A stretch of 64,000 nt of DNA, taken from assembly GCA_965237935.1 (NCBI GenBank), contig CBDEGW010000004.1, positions 93,340 to 157,339 on the forward strand, read 5' to 3'. This document shows positions 17,712-28,251 of this stretch, piece after piece (within the stretch, counting starts at the first letter, position 1; each line of letters starts with the position of its first letter). The position numbers were made by a program, and so were the translations under genes. The DNA is from Dehalococcoidia bacterium (GTDB lineage Bacteria > Chloroflexota > Dehalococcoidia > Lucifugimonadales > CBDEGW01). Under the pieces are notes generated by a model. It made no database searches and was not told where the DNA came from. It saw only the letters and a program-made list of their open reading frames with translations.

Positions 17712-18629
17712 TTAGGAGCTGGACTCTCTCTTAGCCAGTTGTCTAGTTTTTGGGTACCACCTCAATGCCTTCTTAAGAAATGTCAGGTCCACCATTTCCT
17801 CAAAGGCTGGCATCCTGAGGCTTCCCGTCCCCGCCCCCAGCACCTCCGCCATGTACCTGGCCCCGGGAGGTTCTATCTCGCAAGTAAGCTGCTCCCTCAT
17901 GGCGTCGTACTCAGACTGGATACCGTCCCTGTCTATGTAGGGTATCCACTTCTGGCCGATGCGGATGGCTGCCTCTCGGTCCGTCTTGACGAACTCCATG
18001 GCCTTCACTATTGCGTTGACCACCCTCTGCGCCACGTCGGGGTTCCTGCCGATGTAGTCGTCGGTAGCGCATATACCGCCACTGTAAAAGGCTATGCCCT
18101 TGGGATAGGGCAACGGCTTGAAGCCTTCCTGCTGTCCCCATGCCATGAACTGGGCCCTGGCGAAGACGGCAGTGATGGATGGGTCCCTGAAAGCTTTGAT
18201 GCGGTCCTCGGCGTCGCCCTGCACCACCTCGACATCCACCCCTGGCTGCCAGCTATTCTGCCGGCAAATGTACATCATCTCATCCTTGGAGCGTCCTCCT
18301 CCCACCATCACCTTCCCACCCTTCAGGTCGGCCACCGACCGAATATGAGGCCGGGCGATACCACCGTGAACTGCCGCAACAGAGCCACATAGGGCCTTGG
18401 CCTTTCCCCAACCTCTTACCGCGGCTTCCACAGCCAGGTAGGCCGCCGTGAAGAAGGTCACATCGCCGTCCTGGGCCAGCCGGAACATCCTCTCCTTGCC
18501 GTCAGTTGCATGAATACAGTGGACTTTGACCCCTTCCTTCTCGAAGAAACCCTCCTCTTCTGCCGCATACAAGGGTAAAAAGGTCATCGTAGGATAAGCC
18601 ACGGTCACAAGCATTTTTCGCTCCTCCAA
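17712..18629 (-). CDS. NMT1/THI5-like ABC substrate-binding-fold protein; last ~14 residues come from the IS3
   Basis: FLPLYAAEEEGFFEKEGV, DLKGGKV; reads into the IS IR at KKAL|RWYPK. Confidence 0.8.
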   Translation of the reverse strand: MEERKMLVTVAYPTMTFLPLYAAEEEGFFEKEGVKVHCIHATDGKERMFRLAQDGDVTFFTAAYLAVEAAVRGWGKAKALCGSVAAVHGGIARPHIRSVADLKGGKVMVGGGRSKDEMMYICRQNSWQPGVDVEVVQGDAEDRIKAFRDPSITAVFARAQFMAWGQQEGFKPLPYPKGIAFYSGGICATDDYIGRNPDVAQRVVNAIVKAMEFVKTDREAAIRIGQKWIPYIDRDGIQSEYDAMREQLTCEIEPPGARYMAEVLGAGTGSLRMPAFEEMVDLTFLKKALRWYPKTRQLAKRESSS

Positions 18630-18724
18630 TATCGTTGCTAGAGAAGAGTCCCTTACAGTTTTAGGTAGCCTTAGTTTGTGCTAATGCACTTGTCACGGGA
18701 AACGCGGGACCAGGAGGGGTATCG

Positions 18725-19050
18725 ATGTTTGCGAGGCTTTACACTGGAGAGGATGGACAGTCCCACTTCGAGGACCTTGAGCCGTCCATGGGGCCGGTAG
18801 ACCAGTTGCCCGGCGCGACTGTTGCCCTCCGTCGTGCTGAGCCGGGCTTCCATCTCGACTGGCACAACGCGCCGTGCCGGGAGTACCTGGTCACGCTGGG
18901 CGGCAAGTTAGACATAAGCACCGGAGATGGTACGATAATGCGCTTCAGCCCTGGAGATGTGATGCTGTCTGAAGACTGACGGGCCAGGGGCATACCACAC
19001 TGGTCGTGGGCAGCGAAGCAAGGGTGGCCCTGGTCATACCGCTGGCTTGA
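18725..19050 (+). pseudogene. Small cupin-like protein with a -1 frameshift near 18977
   Basis: LDWHNAP...GDVMLSED, then the shifted frame gives LTGQGHTT...VIPLA*. Confidence 0.75.
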
Positions 19051-20185
19051 CGGGCTTCTCCTCCCCCAGCTCACGGATGGCCGGATAGACCTCCTCTGCA
19101 AACAGCTTCAAACTCTTGCGGGTGTGCTCAGGGGGCATGAAGCCCGCCTGCATCATCATCATTAGATGGCCGACCTGGCAACGCTCGTGCAGATAGCGGA
19201 TCTTCTTGATTACGGTGTCGGGGCTGCCCCAGATAGCGATGCCAGTCTCGTTTAGCTCCTCCCAGTTCCCCAGGGCCGGCCGTATGGTCCCGCTCATATT
19301 AATGCGGGCAGCCACTTCTGGTGGATTGTAGCCCGGCGGATTCATGAAGCCTGGATGTCGCACCGATTCCAGGTACCACATCAAGGCTCGGCCTTCTTCC
19401 TCGGCCTGCTCGTCCGTCTCGGCCACATACAACAGACAGAGGAAGGCGAATTTGTCTGATCCCGGCTCTGGGAGGCCCTTCTCGGCGCAGCGATCCCGAT
19501 AGATCTGGTGCTGCTTCTCCTGGCTCTCGTAGGACTGGAGGAAGTTTGCGTGTACATACTGATGGTCCGCAATCCAATTGAGGTTGAAGTTGCTGGTCCC
19601 TGTGATCCAGATGGGCGGGTGCGGCTGCTGGTAGGGCCTGGGCCAGGGGTTGACATAACGGTAGTGCCAAAACTTTCCCTCCCAGTTGAAGGGCTCATGA
19701 GTCGACCATGCCTTCATTATGAGGTCATGGGACTCCTCAAAGCGCTCGCGGGTCAGAGCAGGGTTGGTGTTGGCCGGGTGGATCTCGGTCGGCACGCCCC
19801 GCACAAACCCGCTGATGATCCGTCCGTGAGACAGGCAGTCCAGGAAGGCCAACTCCTCAGACACCCGGATCGGGTTGTCCCGGTGCGCCAGAGGGGAGCC
19901 CAACATCAGGAGCTTGGCCTCTTTAGTGCGCCGGGCCAGGGTCGCTGCGGTCAGGGGCATCACGGAGTCTATGCAGGTAACGGTCTGGTGATGCTCGTTC
20001 AGCATTAGGTCCAGGCCGAGGTCAGCGGCGTATTCATGGTCGTCCAGATACCGGTTGTACAGATCGCCTGCGACCTGGGGATCGCAGTGGGCGCTGGGCA
20101 CAATGACTCGCTGGGAACCGAGCTGTTCAGCCACCTCCGGCGGATAATAGGGGTAGGGCATCTCCGTGAAGAAGTAAGCGCGCAT
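19034..20185 (-). CDS. Luciferase-like (LLM) flavin-dependent monooxygenase
   Basis: NEHHQT, NPIRVSEELAFLDCLSHGRIISGFVRG, PYQQPHPPIWI. Confidence 0.92.
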   Translation of the reverse strand: MRAYFFTEMPYPYYPPEVAEQLGSQRVIVPSAHCDPQVAGDLYNRYLDDHEYAADLGLDLMLNEHHQTVTCIDSVMPLTAATLARRTKEAKLLMLGSPLAHRDNPIRVSEELAFLDCLSHGRIISGFVRGVPTEIHPANTNPALTRERFEESHDLIMKAWSTHEPFNWEGKFWHYRYVNPWPRPYQQPHPPIWITGTSNFNLNWIADHQYVHANFLQSYESQEKQHQIYRDRCAEKGLPEPGSDKFAFLCLLYVAETDEQAEEEGRALMWYLESVRHPGFMNPPGYNPPEVAARINMSGTIRPALGNWEELNETGIAIWGSPDTVIKKIRYLHERCQVGHLMMMMQAGFMPPEHTRKSLKLFAEEVYPAIRELGEEKPVKPAV

Positions 20186-20206
20186 CTATTCCCTCCTCCT
20201 CTGGTG

Positions 20207-21007
20207 TTAGCTCAAAAAAGCGGTTACGGCGTCGACGAACTCCTCGGGCCGCTCCAGGTACGGGTAGTGGCCTGCTTCTGGGATGGCCTGGAATTTGGCT
20301 CCTGGGATAGCCTGCTGAAAGGCGCGCCCGTAGTCGGGACGCACAATACGGTCGTTTTCTCCCCAGAGCACAAGAGTTGGGACGGTGATGCGGTGTAGCC
20401 ACTGCCGTAGCTTGGGATTGTGCATAAAGGGCTTCCAGCCAAAGCGTATCGCCGATTCCCGATTTCGGGCCATCGGGACCACCTCTTCATAGGTCAGGTC
20501 GGGCGTGTAGGCAAGCTTCATGCGTTGGGCGCCCAGGGCTTGGTCATGCCAGCTGGCCTCTAATAGCTGCTTGCCGGTTAGAATGAAGGTGTCCAGGATA
20601 TCTACTTCCGTGGGACCGGAGATTTTAATGCCTACTGCGTCAGCCAGGACCAGTCGCCGGATTGAGTGGCTAGAGCGAATTGCCACCTCGGCGGCAATCC
20701 ATCCGCCCATGCCCATACCGAGTATATCGACGGGCTCTGCCCCCAGTCCCTCCAGGTAGTCCAGGTAGAGGTAGGCCAGGTCATCGATGTTTTCGATGTT
20801 CTCGGGACGCTCAGAGGCACCAAATCCAGGATGAGAGGGGGCTATCACCGAGAATCTTTGTGCTAAGGCTGCGTGGTACGGTAGCCATTCGGTTACCACC
20901 TCGTAATCATGGAGCACCAGTAGGGTTGGGCCTTGGCCCCCACGAAACACCTGGAGCGGCACCCCTTGAATAGTAATGTGCTCCTCTTGAGGAGTAACGG
21001 ACGTCAT
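20207..21007 (-). CDS. Alpha/beta hydrolase
   Basis: PSHPGFGAS, GMGMGG nucleophile elbow without Ser, LVLWGENDRIV, AGHYPYLE. Confidence 0.88.
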   Translation of the reverse strand: MTSVTPQEEHITIQGVPLQVFRGGQGPTLLVLHDYEVVTEWLPYHAALAQRFSVIAPSHPGFGASERPENIENIDDLAYLYLDYLEGLGAEPVDILGMGMGGWIAAEVAIRSSHSIRRLVLADAVGIKISGPTEVDILDTFILTGKQLLEASWHDQALGAQRMKLAYTPDLTYEEVVPMARNRESAIRFGWKPFMHNPKLRQWLHRITVPTLVLWGENDRIVRPDYGRAFQQAIPGAKFQAIPEAGHYPYLERPEEFVDAVTAFLS

Positions 21008-21032
21008 CTCAGGCCGTTTCCCTTTCTGTCTC

Positions 21033-22445
21033 CTACAGGTGGAAGACCACCATCTTCGTGTCTAGCATTTCCTGGACGGCATAGCGAGGCCCCTCCTTCC
21101 CCATGCCGCTCTCCTTCAGCCCTCCGTAGGGCATCATGTCGGCGCGCCACTGGGGGCCCCAGTTGATCATCAAATTGCCCGAGTGTACCTCTCGAGCGAA
21201 CCCGCATGGCCCAGTCGATGTTCTCGGTGAAGATGCCGGCGCTGAGGCCGTAATTGGAGTCATTGCCAAGGCAATGGCCTCGTCGATGGAGTCGAAGCGG
21301 GTTACAGCGACGGCTGGTCCAAACAGCTCGTCGCGGGAGATACGCATATCGGGGTCCACGTCGGCCACGATGGTTGTAGCGTACATCGCACCGTTACGAT
21401 CGCCGCCCGTGACGATCCGGGCGCCGCCGGCCACTGCCTCCTGTATCCACTCACCCACGCGAACCGCATCTGCCTCACGGACCATTGGACCCATGGCTAT
21501 GCCATCCTGCAAGGGGTTGCCAGAGACAATCGCCTCCACCTTGGGTTTGAGGACCTCCAAAAAGTCTCCGTAGACCTTGTTCGACGTCAGGACCCGCTGG
21601 GCGGAGATACAGGTTTGGCCCGCGTTGGAGTAGCCGCTTGCTACTGTGGCGGCCACCACTTTCTCCAGGTCGGCATCTGGCATGACGATGAGGGGGGCGT
21701 TGGAGCCCAGCTCCATTGTCACTTTCTTCAGTCCGGCGACCTTGGTGATGTGCTCGCCAACGTCACGGCTTCCGGTGAAGGTGATCTTACGCACGCGCGG
21801 GTCCGAGCAGAGGGCGTTGCCCACCGCGCTGCCGGGTCCCGTGATGCACTGTACGCCCTCAGGCGGTACACCGGCCTCCAGCAAGAGCCCCGTCAGCTTT
21901 AGGGCCGAGAGGGGCGTGTCGGTAGCGGGCTTGATGATCACGGCGTTGCCCGCCGCAAGTGCGGGGCCTACCTTGTGCATGACCAGGTTTAGCGGGAAGT
22001 TGAAGGGGCTAATGGCCACGACAACGCCGCAGGGCACTTTTATGGTAAATCCAAACTGCCGAGTCGTGCCTGGAGCCGCGTCCAGGGGCACCGTCTCGCC
22101 GTAGATGCGCTTGGCCTCTTCAGCCGAGAGGGTCAGCGTTTCGACGGCCCGCATCACCTCAGCTCGCCCTTCAGTGATGGGCTTGCCCTCCTCCTGGGTA
22201 ATGGTGCGGGCGAAGTCCTCGGCCTGGGCCTCCAACAGATCGGCGGCCTTGCGAAGGAGGGTGTAACGTTTATGGGCCGGCATCGCACCCATGACCTTGG
22301 CGCCGCGCACAGCCGTGGCAAGTGCCATCTCCACATCTTCGGCGTTGGCCTTGGGCACCGTGTCCAACGTGGAACCATCGTAAGGGTTCAGCACAGGGAT
22401 CTTTTCGGCTTTGTCCACCCACTCGCCACCTACAAACATCCGCAT
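21033..22445 (-). CDS. Aldehyde dehydrogenase with an internal compensated frameshift segment
   Basis: ISPFNFP, FTGS, MELGSN, GQTCIS, ELFGP, PYGGLKESG. Confidence 0.92.
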   Translation of the reverse strand: MRMFVGGEWVDKAEKIPVLNPYDGSTLDTVPKANAEDVEMALATAVRGAKVMGAMPAHKRYTLLRKAADLLEAQAEDFARTITQEEGKPITEGRAEVMRAVETLTLSAEEAKRIYGETVPLDAAPGTTRQFGFTIKVPCGVVVAISPFNFPLNLVMHKVGPALAAGNAVIIKPATDTPLSALKLTGLLLEAGVPPEGVQCITGPGSAVGNALCSDPRVRKITFTGSRDVGEHITKVAGLKKVTMELGSNAPLIVMPDADLEKVVAATVASGYSNAGQTCISAQRVLTSNKVYGDFLEVLKPKVEAIVSGNPLQDGIAMGPMVREADAVRVGEWIQEAVAGGARIVTGGDRNGAMYATTIVADVDPDMRISRDELFGPAVAVTRFDSIDEAIALAMTPITASAPASSPRTSTGPCGFAREVHSGNLMINWGPQWRADMMPYGGLKESGMGKEGPRYAVQEMLDTKMVVFHL

Positions 22446-22658
22446 GATTTACCCCCTAGTTAATTTCCCGGGGCCAACCGTTGAGCCACCTACTGTTGGA
22501 CGCATGGATTTCTTTACGCCCCAAAGAATTGCACTCGCCTCTTATAAAGTCAAGCAACACCCTGGATTTGGCTATCTCCCTACCACAACTGGTTAGTTGA
22601 AACCAAGCCATGTTAATATCCCCATGTCTCCATTCCGTGCACGATGAGGAGGTAGGAC

Positions 22659-23885
22659 ATGCAAGCGTTTATCGGAGCGACCCTCATAGACGGCACGGGC
22701 GCAACCCCAATCGAAAACGCAACCGTCCTGGTTAGCGACGATCGCATTCAGGCCGTGGGAACTAACCAGACGGTTTCACTACCTTCAGATGCGGAGGTGG
22801 TTGATGTCTCCGGCATGACCCTGCTTCCGGGCCTGATTGATTGCCACGACCACCTGGCCTCCTTCGGTTATGACCTCGCCAGTCGCTGGGGGTTGAACGA
22901 GCCAAGGAGCCTGCGCCATATGCGGATAGCTGCCGTTCTCAAGCAGACCCTGGAGTCGGGTTATACAACGGTTCGTGATGCTGGAGGACTGGATGCCGGG
23001 TTCAGACAGGCAGTGGAGGAGGGGCTGATCCCCGGACCTCGGCTCCTGGTGTCCTTGGGCATAATCACGCCTACTGGTGGCATTGGAGAGCGTACCAGCC
23101 CCTCGGGCTACGGCCACCCGGCGCCCCCAGACCCCAGCCTCCCTAGCAGTGTGGCCAATGGCCCCGAGGCGATGAGGGCCAAGGTGAGGGAAATGGTGCT
23201 AGCTGGTGCGGACTTCGTTAAGTTTGCTACCACGGGAGGAGCCAGCTCCAGGCCGGGGCTCGGCACCAAGGACATGCTCATCACCCGTGAAGAGGTAGAG
23301 GCGCTGGTTGACGAGGCCCACAGTCTTGGTAAACGTGTCATGTGTCACGCCCTGGGAGGGCCAGGGCTGCGAGCAGGCGTCGAGGCGGGGGTCGACTCCA
23401 TCGAGCACGGGACCTATGTGGACGAAGCCCCGGACCTCATCCAGCTAATGGCGGAGAGGAACATCTACTACGTACCCACCTTTAGCGTATATGTCTATCA
23501 CGCCGAAAGAGGGACCCCTCATGGCAGGGCTCGCGCGGCCGACCTCAAGCCGCACCATACCGAGAGTTTGCGGCTGGCGCTGCAGGCGGGCGTAAAGGTG
23601 GTGGCTGGCACCGATGCCGGCGGATGGGTCCACGGCAATAACGCTCAGGAGCTCAGCTGCCTGGTCGATAACGGCATGACCGCCATGCAGGCCATACAGG
23701 CGGCCACGGGCCACGCCGCGGAATGCCTGGGCCTTGAGGCCGACATTGGGACCATAACGCCCGGGAAGAAGGCCGACCTTTTACTGGTGGACGGAGACCC
23801 ATTGAGGGATATAGGCATCCTGGAGTATGGGAAAAGCGTTAAGCTGGTTATGAAGGACGGCCAGGTTATCCTGGACCGGCGTTAG
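22659..23885 (+). CDS. Metal-dependent amidohydrolase (prolidase-like subtype)
   Basis: PGLIDCHDH, TTVRDAGG, DSIEHG, AGTDAG, GKKADLL. Confidence 0.92.
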   Translation: MQAFIGATLIDGTGATPIENATVLVSDDRIQAVGTNQTVSLPSDAEVVDVSGMTLLPGLIDCHDHLASFGYDLASRWGLNEPRSLRHMRIAAVLKQTLESGYTTVRDAGGLDAGFRQAVEEGLIPGPRLLVSLGIITPTGGIGERTSPSGYGHPAPPDPSLPSSVANGPEAMRAKVREMVLAGADFVKFATTGGASSRPGLGTKDMLITREEVEALVDEAHSLGKRVMCHALGGPGLRAGVEAGVDSIEHGTYVDEAPDLIQLMAERNIYYVPTFSVYVYHAERGTPHGRARAADLKPHHTESLRLALQAGVKVVAGTDAGGWVHGNNAQELSCLVDNGMTAMQAIQAATGHAAECLGLEADIGTITPGKKADLLLVDGDPLRDIGILEYGKSVKLVMKDGQVILDRR

Positions 23886-24130
23886 CCCCGGTTCTCAGCC
23901 CCCTGGGCTAGGTATGTCGTCGTAGCTGCGGCGAGTTTGACAGGCGCAGGGGCGGTTCATTCTCTATCACCACCCCCCGCCGATTTTGCCTAACGAGCCC
24001 ATTTGGAAAGTTCGATGAGATGCTAATATGTTAACCGTGATCGCCTGAGGCCGAGTCCTACACGGGGAACGAAGGGATACGTTCTACTACGGTGTCCTTC
24101 GCGATGAATGGCAGGGGTGATACCGATCAA

Positions 24131-24724
24131 ATGATTACCTATTGGCAACCCGGAGAACAGATCGTAGTTCGCTCGGTGTGGGACCGGAGGATCCGAGGCG
24201 CGTGGCCGGACATTGTGGTAAGTGATTCTGAACAACTCTTAGCCATGTATCTCTCGGGAGGCACCCGATTCAAGATGACGAAAAGGCGACTGCCACTGGG
24301 ATCCTGGTCTTTGATAGACGAGACATGGAACGCAGACTTGTTAATACTCATGGTCCCGGGTGAGGCCCACTCGCTACTATTGTTCTGGGAAGGCCCCGAT
24401 CGGGCCTTTGATCGTTGGTACGTTAACCTTCAGACGCCCTTTACACGGACCCCCTTGGGTATTGACTTCACCGACCACTTTCTAGACATAGTGGCGAGTC
24501 CTGATCTGTCTTCTTGGAAGTGGAAGGACGAAGATGAATTGAAGGAGGCAATATCCCTCGGCCTGGTCACGTCGGCCATGGAACGGGAGATTCGGGCGGA
24601 AGGGGAAAGTGTCGTTCGACAAATGGCCGCTCGTGCTTCTCCATTCAGCGATGGCTGGGAAAGGTGGCGGCCAGATCCTGCATGGCCCATTCCGGAGCTG
24701 CCGCCTGGGTGGGACGATATCTAA
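24131..24724 (+). CDS. DUF402-family protein
   Basis: WYVNLQTP, DHFLDIV, WKDEDE. Confidence 0.8.
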   Translation: MITYWQPGEQIVVRSVWDRRIRGAWPDIVVSDSEQLLAMYLSGGTRFKMTKRRLPLGSWSLIDETWNADLLILMVPGEAHSLLLFWEGPDRAFDRWYVNLQTPFTRTPLGIDFTDHFLDIVASPDLSSWKWKDEDELKEAISLGLVTSAMEREIRAEGESVVRQMAARASPFSDGWERWRPDPAWPIPELPPGWDDI

Positions 24725-24853
24725 GTTGACGTCGCCGACCGCCTGCTCTTCTTCCGTAACCACGACGGCTCACTCGAGGAGCGCTCTGGCTTCCAGCATA
24801 GGAGTGCACAAAAACTTTTCGAAATAACTTAATCAGTTTGCGGGAGGACTTCC

Positions 24854-25369
24854 ATGAGCACGCAAGAGAAAACAGAGCCGGTAAAGACCTGGGAGCACAG
24901 GGGATACATAGCCCTGTACCGCGATCGGACACCTGACTGGCACGCCTTCGCCGATGCTCAGACCGAAGGCTTCCGGCGGGCGCAGCACCGGTTCATCGGC
25001 TCCGGCGCCTCGGGCAAAGGGGACCCCATGGCCATTCCCCCAGGCAACTTCACTCTGAGCATCATGTACGTGCCTGTAGGCCAGGGGAACGCTCCCCACT
25101 CCCACGAAGTCGAGGAGGTGTTTTTCGTCCTCCGGGGACACCTCCGGGTATTCTGGGATGACGCCGAGGGTCAACACCACGAAACCCGGTTGGGGCCCTG
25201 GGACTGCGCCCTTGCTCCTCCCGACGTGGTCCACGGATTTCATAACGACGGCCTGGAGCCGTGTTACCTTCAGGTGATGCTGGGGAAGGCGGCTCCTGAC
25301 CTGATGACCTATGCGGATGCCTCCCTACAGCAGCAACGTGACGCCCATCTGAAGCCTACTGGAGGCTGA
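24854..25369 (+). CDS. Cupin-domain protein
   Basis: PHSHEVEEVFFVLRG, PPDVVHGFHN. Confidence 0.9.
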   Translation: MSTQEKTEPVKTWEHRGYIALYRDRTPDWHAFADAQTEGFRRAQHRFIGSGASGKGDPMAIPPGNFTLSIMYVPVGQGNAPHSHEVEEVFFVLRGHLRVFWDDAEGQHHETRLGPWDCALAPPDVVHGFHNDGLEPCYLQVMLGKAAPDLMTYADASLQQQRDAHLKPTGG

Positions 25370-25396
25370 GAGGATAGCTTTTGCCACCTGTATGAC

Positions 25397-27742
25397 CTAC
25401 CGCTGCCGGGACCCTCGCCTCACCAGATCCCTCACCCGGTTGGGGCTCAGGGGCAGCTCCCTGACCTCGACTCCCAGGGAGCTCAGGGCATTGGAAACCG
25501 CATTGGCTAGGACCGCGCCCGTCGCCACTATACCCACCTCGCCCGCTCCTTTGACCCCCAGCGGGTTGCGAGGCGATGGGGCCTCCTCCAGGATTATGCT
25601 ATCTATGGGAGGGATATCCGTGCTGGTGGGAAGAAGATAGTCCATAAGTGTAGTCGCCAGTAGCTGCCCGTTCTCATCGTAGGCCAGGTCTTCCAGGATG
25701 GTCCCGCCGATCCCCTGGGCGACGGCTCCTATGGTCTGCCCCTTCACCAGTAGCGGATTAATGCATCGCCCCACGTCAACGGCTGCGACATAGCGGATAA
25801 TATCCACCTTGCCCGTCTCCGGGTCCACCGCCACGTGAGCTACGTGGGTGCCGTAGGGGTAAACATAGTCGTCGCACTCAAAGTAGGCGGTCTCTTCGAT
25901 GCTCGGCTCTCCGGTTCCACGGTCGCCCTCTTGTGCCAGCTCCACAAGGTCGCTGAGGTCTAGCAGCGGCTGCTCCATAGCGCCCTTTCGGTAAATCCGC
26001 CCATTCTGCATCTCCAGGTCCGCCTCCGCGATCCCCAGGTGCGCTCCAGCTATAGAGAGGACCTTCCTTTTGAGGTTTTGGGAGGTCAGATGGACGGCAT
26101 TGCCCCCCATTACGGTGCCCCGGCTGGCGTAGGTGCCGCCACCGGTAGGCATCAGGTCGGTGCTGCCGTGTAACACCCGTATGCTCTCCATGGGCACTCC
26201 CAGGGCGTCGGCGCAGATCTGGGCCAGAATGGTCTCGTGACCCTGCCCCAGGGAGGCGATACCTACGTAGACGGAGACTCTGTTGCCGGCGGTAATCGTC
26301 ACCCTGGCTCCCTCGGTGGGGAACTCGCCGGGGCCGAAGCCGGTGTGCTTGATGAAGCATGCCAGACCGATGCCGTGATACCTGCCGTCCTGGTACTTGC
26401 CCTGGAGAGATTTCAGGTTTTCGTAGTCTATCTTCTCCAGGGCCTGGCTCAGTGCCGACGGATAGTCGCCGCTATCGTAGACCGTGGGTGGGCTCCCAGC
26501 CAGGGCCTTGCCCACATCATAGGGCATTTCCCAGGGCTGGACGAGGTTCTTCAAGCGTATCTCCACCGGACTCAGACCCAGGTCCAAGGCGATCATGTCG
26601 AGGAGCCTCTCCCAGGCGAAGGTTGCCTCATAGGCCCCTGGCGCCCGGAAGGTCCCCATGCCGGTCTTGTTGGTGATCACGCAACGTATCTGGCACTGGT
26701 AGTTGGGTATACGATAGGGGCCCAGTAGGGCCTTCGCTGCGTTCACGGGAACGATGCCGCCGTGGGTGCGGATATAGGCTCCCATGTTGCCGTAGACTTG
26801 CGCTTTAACGCCCAGCAGCGTCCCGTCTCGCTTGGCGGCAACCTCTACCTCCCACAGGATCTCTCGGGAGTGATTGGCCGCCATGAGGTGCTCGCGGCGG
26901 TCTTCGATCCACTTTACCGGTCGCCCCAGCTTGATGGCAGCAAAGGGCAGTAGATAGTCCTCCGGGTAGAACTCGCCGCGTATCCCGAAGCCGCCGCCGA
27001 CGTCGGGCTCGATGAAGTGTATCTTCTCCTCGGGCAAATCCAGGAGGGAAGCTGTCAGGCCGCGATTGACGTGGGGGATCTTGGTAGCGCCCCAGACGGT
27101 GAGCTCCTCCGTATCGGCGTCATAGGAGGCCACTATGCCACGGGTCTCCAGGGGGTTGCCCGTGTGACGATGGATCTTGAGCTCCTCCTTGCGCGTGTAC
27201 TCGGCGCTGCGAAAGGCCTCCTCCACGTCCCCGATGGATACGCCCTGATTGGCGGCCAGGTTTGTGCCGGCATCCTCGTGGATAATCACTTCGTCCCGCA
27301 TTGCCTCCCTGGTATCAACTACAGCCTGCAAGGGTTCATACGTCACCTGGATAGCGTCCAGGGCATCCTCCGCAAGATACCGGCTCTCAGCTATGGCTAT
27401 CGCGATGGGCTCTCCCACATAGCGCACCTTATCCCTGGCCAGGGGGTACTGAAGGAAGCGCTCCAGACCGGGCAGCCGGTGCATCCTCATGGGGATGGGC
27501 TTGGCGTTGGAAGCGATGTCCTCAAATGTGTATACCGCCACGACGCCGGGAATCTCCAGCGCTCCGGCGATATCTATAGACGTGATGCGAGCATGAGCGT
27601 GGGGACTGCGCAAGATGGCCGCATGTAGCAGCCCTTGGGGTTTGATATCGTCCACGAAGGTCCCAGTCCCCGTGAGGAGTCGCTGGTCCTCCGTTCGTCT
27701 GATGGGCGCACCTACATTAGCTTGTTGCATCTTTCTCTCCAC
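25397..27742 (-). CDS. Xanthine dehydrogenase/CoxL-family molybdopterin-binding subunit
   Basis: RTEDQRLLTG, GGGFG, GQGHET, GTYASR, KGAGE; active-site loop TFRAPG. Confidence 0.95.
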   Translation of the reverse strand: MERKMQQANVGAPIRRTEDQRLLTGTGTFVDDIKPQGLLHAAILRSPHAHARITSIDIAGALEIPGVVAVYTFEDIASNAKPIPMRMHRLPGLERFLQYPLARDKVRYVGEPIAIAIAESRYLAEDALDAIQVTYEPLQAVVDTREAMRDEVIIHEDAGTNLAANQGVSIGDVEEAFRSAEYTRKEELKIHRHTGNPLETRGIVASYDADTEELTVWGATKIPHVNRGLTASLLDLPEEKIHFIEPDVGGGFGIRGEFYPEDYLLPFAAIKLGRPVKWIEDRREHLMAANHSREILWEVEVAAKRDGTLLGVKAQVYGNMGAYIRTHGGIVPVNAAKALLGPYRIPNYQCQIRCVITNKTGMGTFRAPGAYEATFAWERLLDMIALDLGLSPVEIRLKNLVQPWEMPYDVGKALAGSPPTVYDSGDYPSALSQALEKIDYENLKSLQGKYQDGRYHGIGLACFIKHTGFGPGEFPTEGARVTITAGNRVSVYVGIASLGQGHETILAQICADALGVPMESIRVLHGSTDLMPTGGGTYASRGTVMGGNAVHLTSQNLKRKVLSIAGAHLGIAEADLEMQNGRIYRKGAMEQPLLDLSDLVELAQEGDRGTGEPSIEETAYFECDDYVYPYGTHVAHVAVDPETGKVDIIRYVAAVDVGRCINPLLVKGQTIGAVAQGIGGTILEDLAYDENGQLLATTLMDYLLPTSTDIPPIDSIILEEAPSPRNPLGVKGAGEVGIVATGAVLANAVSNALSSLGVEVRELPLSPNRVRDLVRRGSRQR

Positions 27743-27756
27743 CCTGGGCCTAAACC

Positions 27757-28251
27757 CTAGCTCTCCCTTAGCTTTTGCGCCGCCTCCATGATGGCTTCAA
27801 TGATGGGCAAGTATCCGGTGCACCGGCATATGTTCCCAGAGATGGCCTTTCGCACCTGCTCTTCCGAAGGGTTGGGGGTCTCTTTCAGGAAAGAGTAAGC
27901 AGTTATGAGGAATCCTGGCGTGCAGAACCCGCACTGAAGGGCGTGCTTCTCATTGAACGCCCGCTGCAGAGGGTGCAGGCTATCGCCTGTCACACCTGTG
28001 TCCGGAGCGATTCCCTCTACGGTCATTAGACTGCCGCCATCGGCCTGAACGGCCAGCATCAGGCAGGAGCGCACGGCGGCACCGTTGAAAATGATTGTGC
28101 ACGCTCCACAAACGCCGTGCTCGCATCCCAGGTGGGTGCCGGTGAGGTCCAACTCGTTCCGAAGGAAGTCGGCCAGAGTCATCCTCACCTCAACGGAGCG
28201 CTCCTGTTTTACACCGTTCACCGTCAAGCTAATGTCCCGCTTGGCGCTCAT
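27757..28251 (-). CDS. [2Fe-2S] subunit (CoxS-like)
   Basis: [26 protein letters not shown]. Confidence 0.95.
   Translation of the reverse strand: MSAKRDISLTVNGVKQERSVEVRMTLADFLRNELDLTGTHLGCEHGVCGACTIIFNGAAVRSCLMLAVQADGGSLMTVEGIAPDTGVTGDSLHPLQRAFNEKHALQCGFCTPGFLITAYSFLKETPNPSEEQVRKAISGNICRCTGYLPIIEAIMEAAQKLRES

Larger units (their letters stand above)
16442..17764 (-). mobile_element. IS3-family insertion sequence (1323 bp), no target duplication
   Basis: Imperfect 25-bp IRs TAAGGTGGACCCCATTATTAAGACA / TGAGGTGGTACCCAAAAACTAGACA; orfA/orfB with ATGA overlap. Confidence 0.9.
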
